Shown: one piece after another, positions 34,973 through 46,757 of the stretch | Layout of the letters: every line of letters starts with the position of its first letter | How positions within the stretch are numbered: position 1 is the first letter of the stretch | DNA from: Rickettsiales bacterium | Lineage (GTDB): Bacteria; Pseudomonadota; Alphaproteobacteria; Rickettsiales; UBA1997 | Direction of reading: 5' to 3' | Assembly: GCA_038142525.1 (NCBI GenBank) | Contig: JAYQKE010000006.1 | Coordinates: 42,273 to 106,272, forward strand | DNA length: 64,000 nt | The notes under the pieces: generated by a model | What the model was told of the DNA's origin: nothing | The model's input: the letters and a program-made list of their open reading frames with translations, nothing else | Databases searched by the model: none | Program-made: the position numbers and the translations under genes

Positions 34973-36211
34973 TTATTCTAATAAATTTCTTAAATCTATA
35001 ATAACTTTATCATTAAAATTATTATAATTTTTGATTTCTTTAAATTCTAACCATTCAGTTAAAATTACAACATAATGCGCCGAATTGAAACATTCTTTAA
35101 TATTTTGACAATAATTTATTTGATCATCCAATATTTTTTTACTATTTTCAATGGCCTCAGGGTCAAAAGCAGTAATTTGAAAATTATCTTTAAGAAGGTG
35201 TTTGATAATTTCAATTGCAGGGCTCATCCTAACATCATCAGTTCCAGCCTTAAAAGCTAAACCTAAAATAGCAATTTTTTTGTTATCAGAGGTAATTTTT
35301 TTAATTTTTTCTGCCATATCGGCAAATCTTTGATTATTTGAGTCAATTACTTGATCTAAAATTGATAATTTTTGCTTATATTCTTTAGCAATGTGAGATA
35401 AAGCCAAAGAGTCCTTAGGAAAACAAGAGCCGCCAATTCCAGGACCTGGATTAAGAAATTTACTGCCAATTCTTTCATCCATACCCATTGCTTTAGTTAG
35501 ATCAGAAATATTACATCCGCTAGCTTCACAAAGGTTAGAAATTTCATTGATAAAAGCAATTTTGGTCATTAAAAAAGCATTTGAACTATATTTAATTAAT
35601 TCTGCAGTTTTGACATCAGTAAAAAGAATGGAAAAGTTATTTTTAATCCAATTTTGATAAAGTTCTTCTATTAATTTTTGGGATTTTTTATTTTGGACAC
35701 CTGCAACAATACGATCTGGCTTCATAAAATCCTCTATAGCAAAACCCTCTCTCATAAATTCTGGATTAGAAGCAATATCAATTTTTTGGCCAGAATTTTC
35801 TTCAATAATTTTTTGAACTTTATGATTTGTTCCAATAGGAACGGTGGATTTAATGATAATTAATTTATATTCATTAATATATTCCGCCATTTCTTTAGAG
35901 GCAGACATAATGTAGCAAAGATCAGCTTCACCGGATTTTTCATCTTGTGGGGTACCAACGGCCAAAATATTGATAATAGAATTTTTAATACCATATTTTA
36001 AATCAGTTGAAAATTCAATATTGTCATTATCAATTGCTTTGCAAAGCATTTCCTCCATATTTTTTTCATAAATTGGAGATTTTCTAGCTTTTAGCATTGC
36101 AATTTTTGTTGGATCCTTATCAATACAAATAACCTTATGGCCTTCATTGGCAAAGCAAATTGCAAAAGCTGTTAATCCAACATATCCTGTTCCAATAATT
36201 GTAATATTCAT
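34973..36211 (-). CDS. ugd: UDP-glucose 6-dehydrogenase
   Basis: IGTGYVGL, KSTVPIGT, NPEFMREG, GGSCFPKD, GLAFKAGTDDVR. Confidence 0.93.
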   Translation of the reverse strand: MNITIIGTGYVGLTAFAICFANEGHKVICIDKDPTKIAMLKARKSPIYEKNMEEMLCKAIDNDNIEFSTDLKYGIKNSIINILAVGTPQDEKSGEADLCYIMSASKEMAEYINEYKLIIIKSTVPIGTNHKVQKIIEENSGQKIDIASNPEFMREGFAIEDFMKPDRIVAGVQNKKSQKLIEELYQNWIKNNFSILFTDVKTAELIKYSSNAFLMTKIAFINEISNLCEASGCNISDLTKAMGMDERIGSKFLNPGPGIGGSCFPKDSLALSHIAKEYKQKLSILDQVIDSNNQRFADMAEKIKKITSDNKKIAILGLAFKAGTDDVRMSPAIEIIKHLLKDNFQITAFDPEAIENSKKILDDQINYCQNIKECFNSAHYVVILTEWLEFKEIKNYNNFNDKVIIDLRNLLE

Positions 36212-36293
36212 CTAAAATTAGATTCGACTTCCTCAAGGAGGAGTTTTTTATATCGAGTTATACCAATTATTATTTTAAAATTGATAAATGGTA

Positions 36294-37006
36294 TTATCTC
36301 TCTGCAATCACATAAATTATATGCCAATCTTCAGAAATATCCTGAATTTTCATTAATTTTTTCAAATCAGAAATTTTTAAACTAGATTTTCTATCAATAG
36401 AATATCCAGCACCAATTTTTTCATCGATTGTAGTAATTCATAATAATTATCATATTTTAGAGTAATTCTCTTTTCAAGAATTTTATATGAAGAGAATATT
36501 TTTAGATGATTTTCAAGAAATTTTTTATCATGAAATTCATTAATATTAAGATTATTTATTTTTAAATTTTTAATATTATTTAAGCTATTTTTAGTAATAA
36601 TTGAAAAGCAAAATAAACCCTTTTCACTTAAGATATTTTGAATATTTTTAAAAATTTTTTCAAAATCATTAAGCCATTGCAAGGCAAGTGAAGAAATGAC
36701 CAAATTAAAAGATTCTTTTTGTAAGGGTAGGTGATTGATATCAGCGTTAATATTAAAAGGAGATTTTGATTCTTTGAGCATTGAATTTGCCAAATCTAAG
36801 GCAAAAAAATTAGTAATTTGTTGTTTTTGAGAGATTAAATCATATAAAAATCCTGTTCCAGAACCAAGATCAATGATTTTTGAAGAATTATTCAGATAAG
36901 GCAGACAAAAATCTATTAAATCGCTAGCTACTTGTTTTTGCAAAATAGCATTTTGATTATAGATTTTTGCTGCTTTATTAAAATTGTTTTTAATATTATT
37001 TTTCAA
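36294..37006 (-). CDS. bioC: BioC-like SAM-dependent methyltransferase (frameshift near 36415)
   Basis: FNKAAKIY...LQKQVA, DLGSGTG, ISSLALQW; shifted tail MKKIGAG. Confidence 0.75.
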
Positions 37007-37592
37007 GATTTTCTAAAGCAAAATCCCAATTAACTTGATTATTTAAAAAAGTTTCAATATATTTTGGTCTAGCATTTTGAAAATCTAAATAATAAGCATG
37101 CTCCCAAACATCCATAGTAATTAATGGTTTTAAGTTAGTTCCAAGTGGGGTTTCGGCGTTTAAAGTTTTAACAATTTTTAATTTATCATTTTCATCAGCA
37201 ACTAACCAAGCCCAGCCAGAACCAAATTGAGTAGCACCAGCTATTTTAAACTCCTCTACAAATTTTTCAAAAGATCCAAAATCTTCTTCAATTTTTGCTA
37301 ATAATTTGCCAGATGGTTTACCGCCACCATTTTTTTTCATAGAGTTCCAATAGAAAGTATGATTCCAGATTTGAGCAGAATTATTAAAAATCCCAGCTTG
37401 GTTTTTTTCTCTAGAAATATTAATAATTTCTTCAAGAGATTTATTTGCTAGATCAGTGTCAGCAATTAAATTATTAAGATTAGTAACATAAGTTTGGTGA
37501 TGTTTGCCATGATGAAAATTTAAAGTATTTTCAGAGATAAAAGGTTCTAAATCCTTTTTATCATATGGTAAATTTGGTAAAGTAATGGTCAT
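36996..37592 (-). CDS. sodB: Superoxide dismutase (Fe/Mn family, Fe-type)
   Basis: FHHGKHHQTY, AQIWNHTFYW, QFGSGWAWL, DVWEHAYY. Confidence 0.95.
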   Translation of the reverse strand: MTITLPNLPYDKKDLEPFISENTLNFHHGKHHQTYVTNLNNLIADTDLANKSLEEIINISREKNQAGIFNNSAQIWNHTFYWNSMKKNGGGKPSGKLLAKIEEDFGSFEKFVEEFKIAGATQFGSGWAWLVADENDKLKIVKTLNAETPLGTNLKPLITMDVWEHAYYLDFQNARPKYIETFLNNQVNWDFALENLEK

Positions 37593-37646
37593 AATATTTA
37601 ATGTTTTTAGTTATTTAAAGGTAGGAAATACTATTATTAATTAAAA

Positions 37647-38839
37647 TTATTTCATTATAAATCTCAAGGCATTTAATTTAATAAAACCTTCAGCATCTTT
37701 TTGGTTATAGACTTCATCTTGTTCAAAGGTAACATATTCTTCCCTATAAAGGCTTTTTGGGGATTTGCGCCCTAAAAGGATGATATTGCCCTTATAAAGA
37801 TGTAATCTGACAAGACCTTCAACATTTTCTTGAGATTTGTCAATTAAGGCTTGTAACATTTCTCTTTCTGGTGCAAACCACATGCCATTATAAATTAATT
37901 TAGCATATTTTGGCATAATTTCATCTTTGAGATGTGCCGCTTCACGGTCTAGGGTAATTGACTCAATTGCTCTATGAGCATCAAGTAAAATTGTACCGCC
38001 AGGAGTTTCGTAAGCTCCACGAGATTTCATGCCAATGAAACGATTTTCAACAATATCAATTCTGCCAATGCCATTATCATGGCCATATTGATTGAGTTTT
38101 TCTAATAAATTAGCTGGTGATAATTTTTGGCCATTAATAGTTATTGGGTCACCTTTTTTAAATTCAATTTCAATAATATCGCCATTTTCTTTGGCATCTT
38201 TTGATGTTTTGTTCTCTGAAAAATATATTCTGGCGCTTCTTGCCAAGGATCTTCAAGAACTTTACCTTCGGATGATGTATGAAGAAGATTGGCATCGACA
38301 GAATAGGGCGCCTCACCTCTTTTATCTTTGGCAATTTCAATATTATGTTTTTCGGCGTAAGAGATTAATTTTTCACGAGAATTAAGATTCCATTCTCTCC
38401 AAGGAGAAATAACTTTAATATCAGGATTGCAAGCATAATAACCCATTTCGAAGCGAATTTGATCATTACCTTTGCCAGTTGCGCCGTGAGAAACGGCATC
38501 TGCACCAACTTTTTTGGCAATTTCAATTTGTTTTTTAGCAATTAAGGGCCTAGCAATGGAAGTTCCAAGAAGATATTTACCTTCATAAATTGTGTTGGCA
38601 CGAAACATAGGAAAAACATAATCACGGACAAATTCTTCTTTGAGATCCTCAATAAAAATATCTTTAACACCAAATTTTTCTGCCTTTTTTCTAGCTGGTT
38701 CTAATTCTTCACCCTGACCAAGATCGGCAGTAAAAGTAACAACTTCACAGCCATAAGTTTCTTTGAGCCAAGCTAAAATTACCGAAGTATCTAAACCGCC
38801 GGAATAGGCTAAAACTACCTTTTTTATCTTCTTTGACAT
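37647..38839 (-). CDS. argG: Argininosuccinate synthase (frameshift near 38205)
   Basis: [42 protein letters not shown]. Confidence 0.97.
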
Positions 38840-38916
38840 TAATATCTTGAAATAATTTATTTTGTTAATATTCTAATTTTCAGGGACTCCCTAATTACAA
38901 ATTAATTTCTTCTAAA

Positions 38917-39335
38917 ATGCAAATAAAAGAATTAGCTACAGATACTGAAATTAAAGATAGTTTTAAGATAATGTCTCAAATTTATCAAGATTTAGGTGAG
39001 TATGATTATGTTACTAATGTTCTTAATGCAATAACTGATGGTTATAAATTAGTTTCGCAGTTTATAAGAATAAGGAAATTATTGCGGTAGTTGGTATTAC
39101 AGTTGGTGATAATATGCAATATGGCAAGGTAGTTAGAGTTGAAGATTTTATGATTTGCCGTAAAAATCGTGGCATTGGTGCTGGTAAAATGCTTTTAAAA
39201 TGGGTTGATTGGCAGGCATTAAAATTTAAAACTGATATTATTTTATCTAATTTAGGTTCTGAAAGAAAAGAATCTCATAAAATTTTCCTGAGGGAAGGAT
39301 TTTTTATTGAAGGAATTATTTTTTGTAAGAAATAA
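38917..39335 (+). CDS. GNAT-family acetyltransferase (frameshift near 39055)
   Basis: MQIKELATDTEI...GYKLV, then RVEDFMI...NRGIGAGKMLLKW...RKESHKIF.REGF. Confidence 0.75.
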
Positions 39336-39384
39336 AAAAGAATTTTTAAATTTTAAGTAATTAATATAAAGACAATAATAAAGG

Positions 39385-40912
39385 ATGACAGATAATAAAT
39401 TTCGTATAGAGACAGATTCATTTGGGGATATAAATGTACCAGCCAATGCTTATTATGGTGCTCAAACTCAAAGATCTACTCAAAATTTTGCCATTTGTAT
39501 TGATAATAAGGGTCATAAAATGCCAAAAGAAATGGTTAAAGCCATGCTTTATGTTAAAAAATCTGCAGCTCTAACTAATAAGGAAATTATGTTAGACAAT
39601 CCTGGAGCTAAGGAATATAATAAATTTTCTGAAAAAACTGCCAATCTTATTGATCAGTCTGTGGATAAAATTCTTTCTGATTTTGATAATTTTTATGAAA
39701 ATCATTTTCCCCTTGTAGTTTGGCAAACCGGTTCTGGTACGCAAACTAATATGAATTGTAATGAAGTTATTGCCTCAGTTGCTAATGAAATTGCTACAGG
39801 TCAAAAAGGTGGGAAGGAGCCAGTTCATCCCAATGATCATTGTAATTTGGGTCAATCTTCCAATGACACATTTCCAACTGCTATGCATGTCATGACTCTT
39901 TTAACAATTTCTGAGAAGTTATTTCCTACTTTATTTAATTTTTATGAAGCTTTAAAAAATAAAGAAGAAGAATTTAAAGATATTATTAAAATTGGTCGTA
40001 CCCACACTCAAGATGCAACTCCAGTTACTTTAGGACAAGAATTTTCTGGTTATAAATATCAGATTTTTAGTAATATTTTAAGACTTAATGATGCTATTGA
40101 TGGTTTATTATTTTTAGCACAAGGTGGAACTGCCGTTGGTACAGGAATTAATTCTCATAAGGATTTTTCAGAAAAATTTGCTCAAAATATTACTAAAATT
40201 ACTGGTATTAAAGAAAAATTTGCCAAAATAATTAAAAAAGCTAATTCTTATGATGATTGGGCAGATGTTAAAGAGAAATTTACTTCTAGGAAAGATCAAT
40301 TTATTTCTAGCCATAATAAGTTTGAGTCTCTTGCAACTTGTGATGCGCTTGTTAATTTGTCAGGATGTTTGAATGTAATTGCAACTTCAATTATGAAAAT
40401 TGCTAATGATATTAGATTTTTGGCGTCTGGCCCTAGATCTGGTCTTGGAGAAATTTCTCTTCCTGAAAATGAGCCAGGATCTTCAATTATGCCAGGAAAA
40501 GTTAATCCAACACAATGCGAAGCCCTGACTATGATTTCTTGCCAAGTAATTGGTAATCATACTGCTATTACAATTGGTGGTACTAATGGTCATTTTGAAT
40601 TAAATGTTTTTAGGCCGATGGTGATTTATAATATTCTTAATTCAGTAAATTTAATTTCTGAGTGTTTAAATAGCTTTATTGACAAATGTCTTAATGGTAT
40701 TCAGCCAAATTTTGATAGAATTAATGAATTATTAAATAATTCTTTAATGTTAGTTACCGCTTTAAATCCCCATATTGGTTATGATAATGCGGCAAAAATT
40801 GCTAAAAAAGCTCATAATGATGGTACAACTCTCAAAGAAGTCTGCTTTAGAATTAGGACTTGTCACTGAAGAGCAGTTTAACCAATGGGTAGATTCAAAA
40901 AAAATGATTTAA
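39385..40912 (+). CDS. fumC: Fumarate hydratase class II (frameshift near 40840)
   Basis: [45 protein letters not shown]. Confidence 0.96.
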
Positions 40913-40918
40913 AATCTT

Positions 40919-41743
40919 ATGAAGAAAATTTTAGTTACAACAGATTTATCGGCTAGATCGGATAGGGCGGTATTAAGAGCTATAAAATTAGCTGAAGAAT
41001 TTAATTCTAAATTAACGATTCTTCATGTAATTGATGATCAAATTCCAAGAGGCTTAATTGATAGCTCTAGATCTATAGCTAAGGATGAAATTAAAAATTG
41101 TTTAAAGGATTATAATTCAGATGTAAAAATAACTATAAAGATAGTTGAGGGTAATGCTTATGAGCAAATTTTAAAAGCCTCTTATGAAGAGGATTTCGAT
41201 CTATTGGTGGTGGGTATTCATCGCCATGTTGATAGTAATCAACCAGTGATTGGTCAGGTTATTCAAAGATTAGTTAATTTTTCTCACAAACCAATTATTA
41301 TTGTTCGCAATAGGTATGAAAAGAGTTATGATAAGATATTATCCTCTATCGATTTTACTAATTCTTCTATTATTTCTTTAAAATTTGCGGTTAAAAGTTT
41401 TGTAAAAGCTAATTTTAGTTTAATACATACCTATCAGGTACCTTTTATGGGTATTGCAGGTTCAAGTTCTGTAATTTCTGATCAAGCTAAAAAAGCTAGT
41501 GAAGATAATTTAAATGAAATTACGCAAGATATAGAAGAAAAATATCAGGTAAAAATTAATAAAATAATTAAGAAGGGTCATATAGCTAATATTCTTTTTG
41601 AAGAATTGGAGTATTTAAAGCCTGATTTATTAGTTATAGGATGTTCTGAAAAACATTTTCTTGCTAGATTTGCCGATTCTAGTATTATGGATCAAGTTTT
41701 ATCAGATCCTCCATGTGATGTTTTAATAGTTGGTAAGAAGTAA
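40919..41743 (+). CDS. Tandem-domain universal stress protein
   Basis: KILVTTDLSARSDRA and a second KILSSIDF domain; ends PPCDVLIV. Confidence 0.9.
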   Translation: MKKILVTTDLSARSDRAVLRAIKLAEEFNSKLTILHVIDDQIPRGLIDSSRSIAKDEIKNCLKDYNSDVKITIKIVEGNAYEQILKASYEEDFDLLVVGIHRHVDSNQPVIGQVIQRLVNFSHKPIIIVRNRYEKSYDKILSSIDFTNSSIISLKFAVKSFVKANFSLIHTYQVPFMGIAGSSSVISDQAKKASEDNLNEITQDIEEKYQVKINKIIKKGHIANILFEELEYLKPDLLVIGCSEKHFLARFADSSIMDQVLSDPPCDVLIVGKK

Positions 41744-41876
41744 TACCATTTCCCATCTTTAAAGCCTAGAATCGGTATAAAATTTACATAAAAAATAGAG
41801 GAATTACATAAAGAATAATTAGCACCAAAAAGGCTAAACAGACAAAATATTTTAAAAATTCTATCATTTTTTAAAA

Positions 41877-42698
41877 TTAATTTGATTTTGTAATTTCGTC
41901 AAATCTTTTAATAATAGTTAAAAATTCTTCTAAATTTTCTAATTTTAGCATGCATGGTCCATCAGATGGTGCGTTATCTGGATCTTGATGAGTTTCAACA
42001 AAAAGACCTGCGACACCAACCGCAATTGTTGCTCTTGCTAAATATTCAACAAATTCTCTTTGTCCGCCACTTGCACCTCCCAAACCTCCAGGTTGTTGTA
42101 CCGAATGAGTAGCATCAAAAATAACCGGATAACCAGTTTTAGCCATAATTGGTAAAGCTCTCATATCAGAAACTAATGTATTATAACCAAAACTAGCTCC
42201 TCTTTCAGTTAATAAGATTTTTTCATTACCAGAATCTTCTAATTTTTTAACAACATTATTCATATCCCAAGGTGCTAAAAATTGACCTTTTTTAACATTA
42301 ATAATTTTATTAGTTTTGGCCGCAGCAACTAATAAATCAGTCTGGCGGCATAAAAAGGCAGGAATTTGTAAAATATCAACTGAATCCTTAACTAAATTAC
42401 ATTGTTGCTCATTATGAATATCAGTTAGAATAGGGCGACCAAAGGTTTTTTTAACTTCTTCAAAGATCGGCAAGGTTTTTTCTAATCCAAGACCCCTTTT
42501 GCCCGAAATGGAACTACGATTAGCTTTATCAAAAGATGATTTATAGATAAAATTAATATTTAATTTATCAGTAATATTTTTAATCTTTTCAGCCATCATC
42601 ATAGAATGGTCACGATTTTCAGTTTGGCAAGGTCCAGCAATTAATGTAAATGGTAAATTATTGCTAATTTCTAGATTATTAATTTTGATATTTTTCAT
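41877..42698 (-). CDS. kdsA: KDO 8-phosphate synthase
   Basis: [45 protein letters not shown]. Confidence 0.97.
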   Translation of the reverse strand: MKNIKINNLEISNNLPFTLIAGPCQTENRDHSMMMAEKIKNITDKLNINFIYKSSFDKANRSSISGKRGLGLEKTLPIFEEVKKTFGRPILTDIHNEQQCNLVKDSVDILQIPAFLCRQTDLLVAAAKTNKIINVKKGQFLAPWDMNNVVKKLEDSGNEKILLTERGASFGYNTLVSDMRALPIMAKTGYPVIFDATHSVQQPGGLGGASGGQREFVEYLARATIAVGVAGLFVETHQDPDNAPSDGPCMLKLENLEEFLTIIKRFDEITKSN

Positions 42699-42786
42699 TT
42701 ATTTTTTAAAAAATAATTTAGTTATATAATTTTGAAGAAAGTTCTTGAATTTAGTAATATAAAATTTATATCTTTATGATTATTAT

Positions 42787-43164
42787 ATGCAACTAGATAG
42801 TGTTGTTATTAAATTGGTTTTGCTCTTCTATTTAACAGGTTTCTTCATCAAGGTGATTAATATATATCAATTTATCATAAAAATTTGTATTTTGTTGAGC
42901 ATCCTTTTGTTAAATGCTTGCGTTGTTTCTGAAAATCCAGGACCTGAATATATAAATCCAAGATATCCAGTCTTTGCACCATATGGTTATAATCCATATC
43001 AGCAACCAGGAGCATTTTCCCCTCCTGCCGCACAACCTGGTTCAAGATATTATACTAATCCATATGAATTTCCTCAACCTAATTATTATCAATATTATGA
43101 TAGTGATAGATATTATAAGCCTCCAAATACTTATGATAGTAGGTCTTCTGCAGATTCCAGATAA
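42787..43164 (+). CDS. Pro/Tyr-rich putative lipoprotein (true start possibly downstream, near 42853)
   Basis: LLLNAC lipobox followed by a low-complexity P/Y/Q/N-rich region. Confidence 0.55.
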   Translation: MQLDSVVIKLVLLFYLTGFFIKVINIYQFIIKICILLSILLLNACVVSENPGPEYINPRYPVFAPYGYNPYQQPGAFSPPAAQPGSRYYTNPYEFPQPNYYQYYDSDRYYKPPNTYDSRSSADSR

Positions 43165-43182
43165 CCCATTATATAGAAATTT

Positions 43183-43416
43183 ATGAAGAATGTAGAAATA
43201 TATACTACTAAAATTTGTCCTTATTGTGTAAGAGCGAAAAAGATGTTTGATCAAAGGTCTATCTCCTATAAAGAAATAAAAATTGATTCTGCTGATTTAA
43301 TGGAAGAGATGATTAAAAGATCTGGCGGTAGAAGAACCGTGCCACAAATTTTTATTGATGATCAGCATATTGGTGGTAGCGATGATCTATATGAGTATTT
43401 TAAAAATATAGAATAA
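43183..43416 (+). CDS. grxC: Glutaredoxin 3
   Basis: CPYC, RTVPQIFI, IGGSDDL. Confidence 0.95.
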   Translation: MKNVEIYTTKICPYCVRAKKMFDQRSISYKEIKIDSADLMEEMIKRSGGRRTVPQIFIDDQHIGGSDDLYEYFKNIE

Positions 43417-43496
43417 TAGATTACCCCTTCTATTAATCCCTTTACTTTAGAACTAAAAACTGGCATAATCGAGATTGTTTAATTTTATTTTATGGA

Positions 43497-44036
43497 ATGA
43501 TCCTGACAAGATATTCAATTCTTATGTCTTTAAAAATAATAAATTTTTTATTAATATTATCTCTTACCTCTTGTGGTCCATATTGGTATAAACCTATGGG
43601 TAAAATATTTAAGCAGGCTCCAAAAGCCCCAGAGGAGGGTAGTTATGGCTATAGGCTTGGGTGGATACATGGTTGCGAGTCTGGTTTAGCCACGAATTTT
43701 GGTGGAGTATTTTATATGACATTTTATGATTGGAAGAGGGATTCAGACCTTCTTGCAACCAATGTTGATAGAGAGTTGTTAAAAGAAAGATATGAAGAAG
43801 AATTACCAATAGATTGGAATAATAGTGATATTGTTGAAAAAAATATGTATGATTATAATACAATTTTTTGGAGGGCCCATCTATATTGTCGACATAGTGC
43901 TTTAGGCTCACTAAAGATGGTTGGATTTGATCCATCTTTACCAGGTAAGGGTGATAGATTTATGCTTGGTAACCATAGTGCAAGTGACTTATATCGCCTT
44001 GATAGTTTTGGTGATACAAGGTGGAGTAATTGGTAG
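43497..44036 (+). CDS. Hypothetical lipoprotein
   Basis: Lipobox LTSC; GYRLGWIHGCESG and WRAHLYCR motifs. Confidence 0.65.
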   Translation: MILTRYSILMSLKIINFLLILSLTSCGPYWYKPMGKIFKQAPKAPEEGSYGYRLGWIHGCESGLATNFGGVFYMTFYDWKRDSDLLATNVDRELLKERYEEELPIDWNNSDIVEKNMYDYNTIFWRAHLYCRHSALGSLKMVGFDPSLPGKGDRFMLGNHSASDLYRLDSFGDTRWSNW

Positions 44037-44141
44037 ATGATATTATACATTTCCCAACTTTAAAAAGACTTTTATCTATGGTCCCATGGGGTTGCTTTCA
44101 TAGAATTTTATAATGATTTAAGTTTTTAATGAGTTTTAATT

Positions 44142-45503
44142 ATGTTTGATAAAATTGACTTAAATAAGATAGATAAGGTAAAAAAACGAGAGAAACTTAT
44201 TTCTTTAGTGCAAAATGGTAAAAATTCTAAAGCAAAATCTATATTTGAAGATTTACATCCAGCTGATCAAGCGGAAATGATTTCTAGTATTGATCCTGAA
44301 TTTAGAATCAAAATGGTTGCAATAATTTGCAATATAGAATTAAAATTTTTAATTTATCTTGAAGATCATATTAAAGAAGAAGTTATAGAATTATTAGGTT
44401 CAAAATATGCTGCCAGTGGTATCAAAAATTTGGATTTAGATGATATTGTAAAAATCATTGAGGTTTTAGATAAGAATGAAATTGATGAGATAACTAAAAA
44501 TTTTTCAAAAAGTTTATCCAGAGATATTGAGATAACATTAAACTATCCAAAGGATAGTATAGGTAGAGCAATGAATCAAAATTTTATTGCTTTAAATTCC
44601 AAATGGAACATTGGTCAGGCAACAAAATTTTTGCAGGAAAAAAAAGATCTTCCTGATGATTTTTATAATATTATTTTAATTAATGATGATAATATTCCAG
44701 TTGCAGAAATCTCTATTGCTAAAATTATAAAACATAAAAAAGGCGTTATTCTTGCCGATTTAATTTCTAAAGAAGATCGAATGCAATCTATAAATGCTAA
44801 TTCTAATAAGGAAGAGGCAGCTAGATATTTTACCAAATATTCTTTACAATATTTGGTAATTACAGATGATGAGGGTAAGTTAGTTGGCTTAATATATGCC
44901 AATGATGTAATAGATATTGTGGATGAAGAAGATGAAGAAGATATTTTATTAATGGCGGGTGTAAATGATACCAACTTTCATTCTTCTAATTTTATTACCG
45001 CTAAATCTAGAATTCCATGGCTTGTAATTAGTTTAATTTTTACCAGCCTGTCCGCGGCAATTATAACTTTTTTTACTAAAGAAATTGAGAAAATGGTAAT
45101 ATTAGCTGTTTTACTTCCTATAGTTGCTTCAGTTTCTGGTTCTGCAGGAAATCAAACATTGGCAATTATGGTTAGAGCAATCGCAACATTAGAGATTAGA
45201 GATGTTGGTTATTGGAAGGTAATATTTAAAGAGTCAATAGTTGGATCTTTAAGTGGATTATTTTTAGCTTTTATTGCCTCTATTGTTTGCTATATTTGGC
45301 AATATAATTATATATTATCTATATCAATTTTTATATCTATTTTTATAACCATTATAATTTCTTGTTTATTTGGTGCAATAATTCCTATCATATTGAGTAA
45401 ATTAAAGTTTGACCCAGCAATATCTTCCGGTGTTTTTCTAACTACCTTAATAGATGCAACAGCTTTCTTTGTATTTTTAGGTCTCATTTCAATTATCTCC
45501 TAA
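44142..45503 (+). CDS. mgtE: Magnesium transporter MgtE
   Basis: LHPADQAE, YPKDSIGRAM, CBS pair, RIPWL, GSAGNQT, DPAISSGVFLTTLID. Confidence 0.94.
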   Translation: MFDKIDLNKIDKVKKREKLISLVQNGKNSKAKSIFEDLHPADQAEMISSIDPEFRIKMVAIICNIELKFLIYLEDHIKEEVIELLGSKYAASGIKNLDLDDIVKIIEVLDKNEIDEITKNFSKSLSRDIEITLNYPKDSIGRAMNQNFIALNSKWNIGQATKFLQEKKDLPDDFYNIILINDDNIPVAEISIAKIIKHKKGVILADLISKEDRMQSINANSNKEEAARYFTKYSLQYLVITDDEGKLVGLIYANDVIDIVDEEDEEDILLMAGVNDTNFHSSNFITAKSRIPWLVISLIFTSLSAAIITFFTKEIEKMVILAVLLPIVASVSGSAGNQTLAIMVRAIATLEIRDVGYWKVIFKESIVGSLSGLFLAFIASIVCYIWQYNYILSISIFISIFITIIISCLFGAIIPIILSKLKFDPAISSGVFLTTLIDATAFFVFLGLISIIS

Positions 45504-46037
45504 ATGCATCAAAAACTATTCACTATATTATTTATATTATTACTCTCAAACAACATATATGCTAAAAATAGTGCTGTTAAAACCAATATTAAGTCAAAGA
45601 TTGTAAAAATCGTTAAAGATAAGAATTTTATTGAATTTAAGGGTAATGTTATTTTAGTGCAGGAGGATATTAGTTTTTTAGCAAATCAAATGTTAGTATT
45701 TACTGATAAAAATAAAAAAATGAGTGATAAGGCTGAAATTCAACTAATTAAGGCTAAAGGCAAAGTCAAAATTTTTAATCAAGAATTTATTGCAACTGGT
45801 GATTCTGGGATTTATGATGTGGATAAGGATATTTTTAAAATATTTGGTGATGTTATTTTAAATGAAGGTACAAAAATTGCTTATGGTACAGAGTTTATTT
45901 ATGATGTTAGTAATAAAAAAGGAAGCCTATCTTCATCTGTAAAAAATAATGATGGCAAGGTAAGTAGACCAACAGTTATTATTCATGAAGATTTAAATAA
46001 TTTAAAACAAGGAATTAATGAAGATTCTGACAATTAA
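45504..46037 (+). CDS. lptA: LptA/OstA-family LPS transport periplasmic protein
   Basis: Signal peptide; FKGNVILVQ, AKGKVKI; directly upstream of lptB. Confidence 0.8.
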   Translation: MHQKLFTILFILLLSNNIYAKNSAVKTNIKSKIVKIVKDKNFIEFKGNVILVQEDISFLANQMLVFTDKNKKMSDKAEIQLIKAKGKVKIFNQEFIATGDSGIYDVDKDIFKIFGDVILNEGTKIAYGTEFIYDVSNKKGSLSSSVKNNDGKVSRPTVIIHEDLNNLKQGINEDSDN

Positions 46038-46736
46038 AAATATTGCAAAAAGCTATGGTAGCAAATCTGTTATTAAAGATAGTTCTTTAGAGATAAAGCA
46101 GGGTGAAGTTGTTGGCTTGCTTGGTCCTAATGGAGCTGGGAAAACAACTTGTTTTTACATTATAGTTGGCCTTATTGCTGTTGATAGTGGTAATATTTTT
46201 TAGATGATTTAGATATTACTCAAATGGCAATGCATGAAAGGTCAAAATTGGGTATTGGCTATTTACCTCAAGAATCATCAATTTTTAGAAAGATGAATGT
46301 TGAAGATAATATTATGTCTATTTTAGAAATTAATGAGGATGATAAAGAAGTTAGAAAAAAAAGATTAGAAGAATTATTAAAAGAATTTTCCATAACTCAT
46401 ATTAGAAAATCTCATGCTTTATCTCTTTCTGGTGGTGAAAGAAGGAGGGTAGAAATTGCCAGATCCTTAGCTACAAATCCAGATTTTATATTATTAGATG
46501 AACCTTTTGCTGGAGTCGATCCAATTGCTGTAAAAGATATTATGAATATGGTTAAACAGTTAAAAAATCGTAATATTGGGGTTTTAATTACTGATCATAA
46601 TGTTCAGGAAACTCTACGGATTGTTGATAAGGCTTATATTGTTTATGATGGTAATATTTTAACATCTGGAAATAAGGAAGAGATTATCAGTAACGAGGAG
46701 GTGAAGCGTGTTTATCTCGGTGACAACTTCGCATAA
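46018..46736 (+). CDS. lptB: LPS export ABC ATPase LptB (frameshift at poly-T near 46200)
   Basis: [40 protein letters not shown]. Confidence 0.96.
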
Positions 46737-46757
46737 GACTAATTTTTACTGCCAAAT

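Noticed and set aside
41700-41867. Small hydrophobic ORF on the minus strand downstream of kdsA
   Set aside because: Short, overlaps the usp 3' end, no recognisable motif; cannot be supported
44077-44104. Mg-sensing riboswitch upstream of mgtE
   Set aside because: Only a short imperfect hairpin (CTATG...CATAG); far too small for an M-box and no recognisable motif
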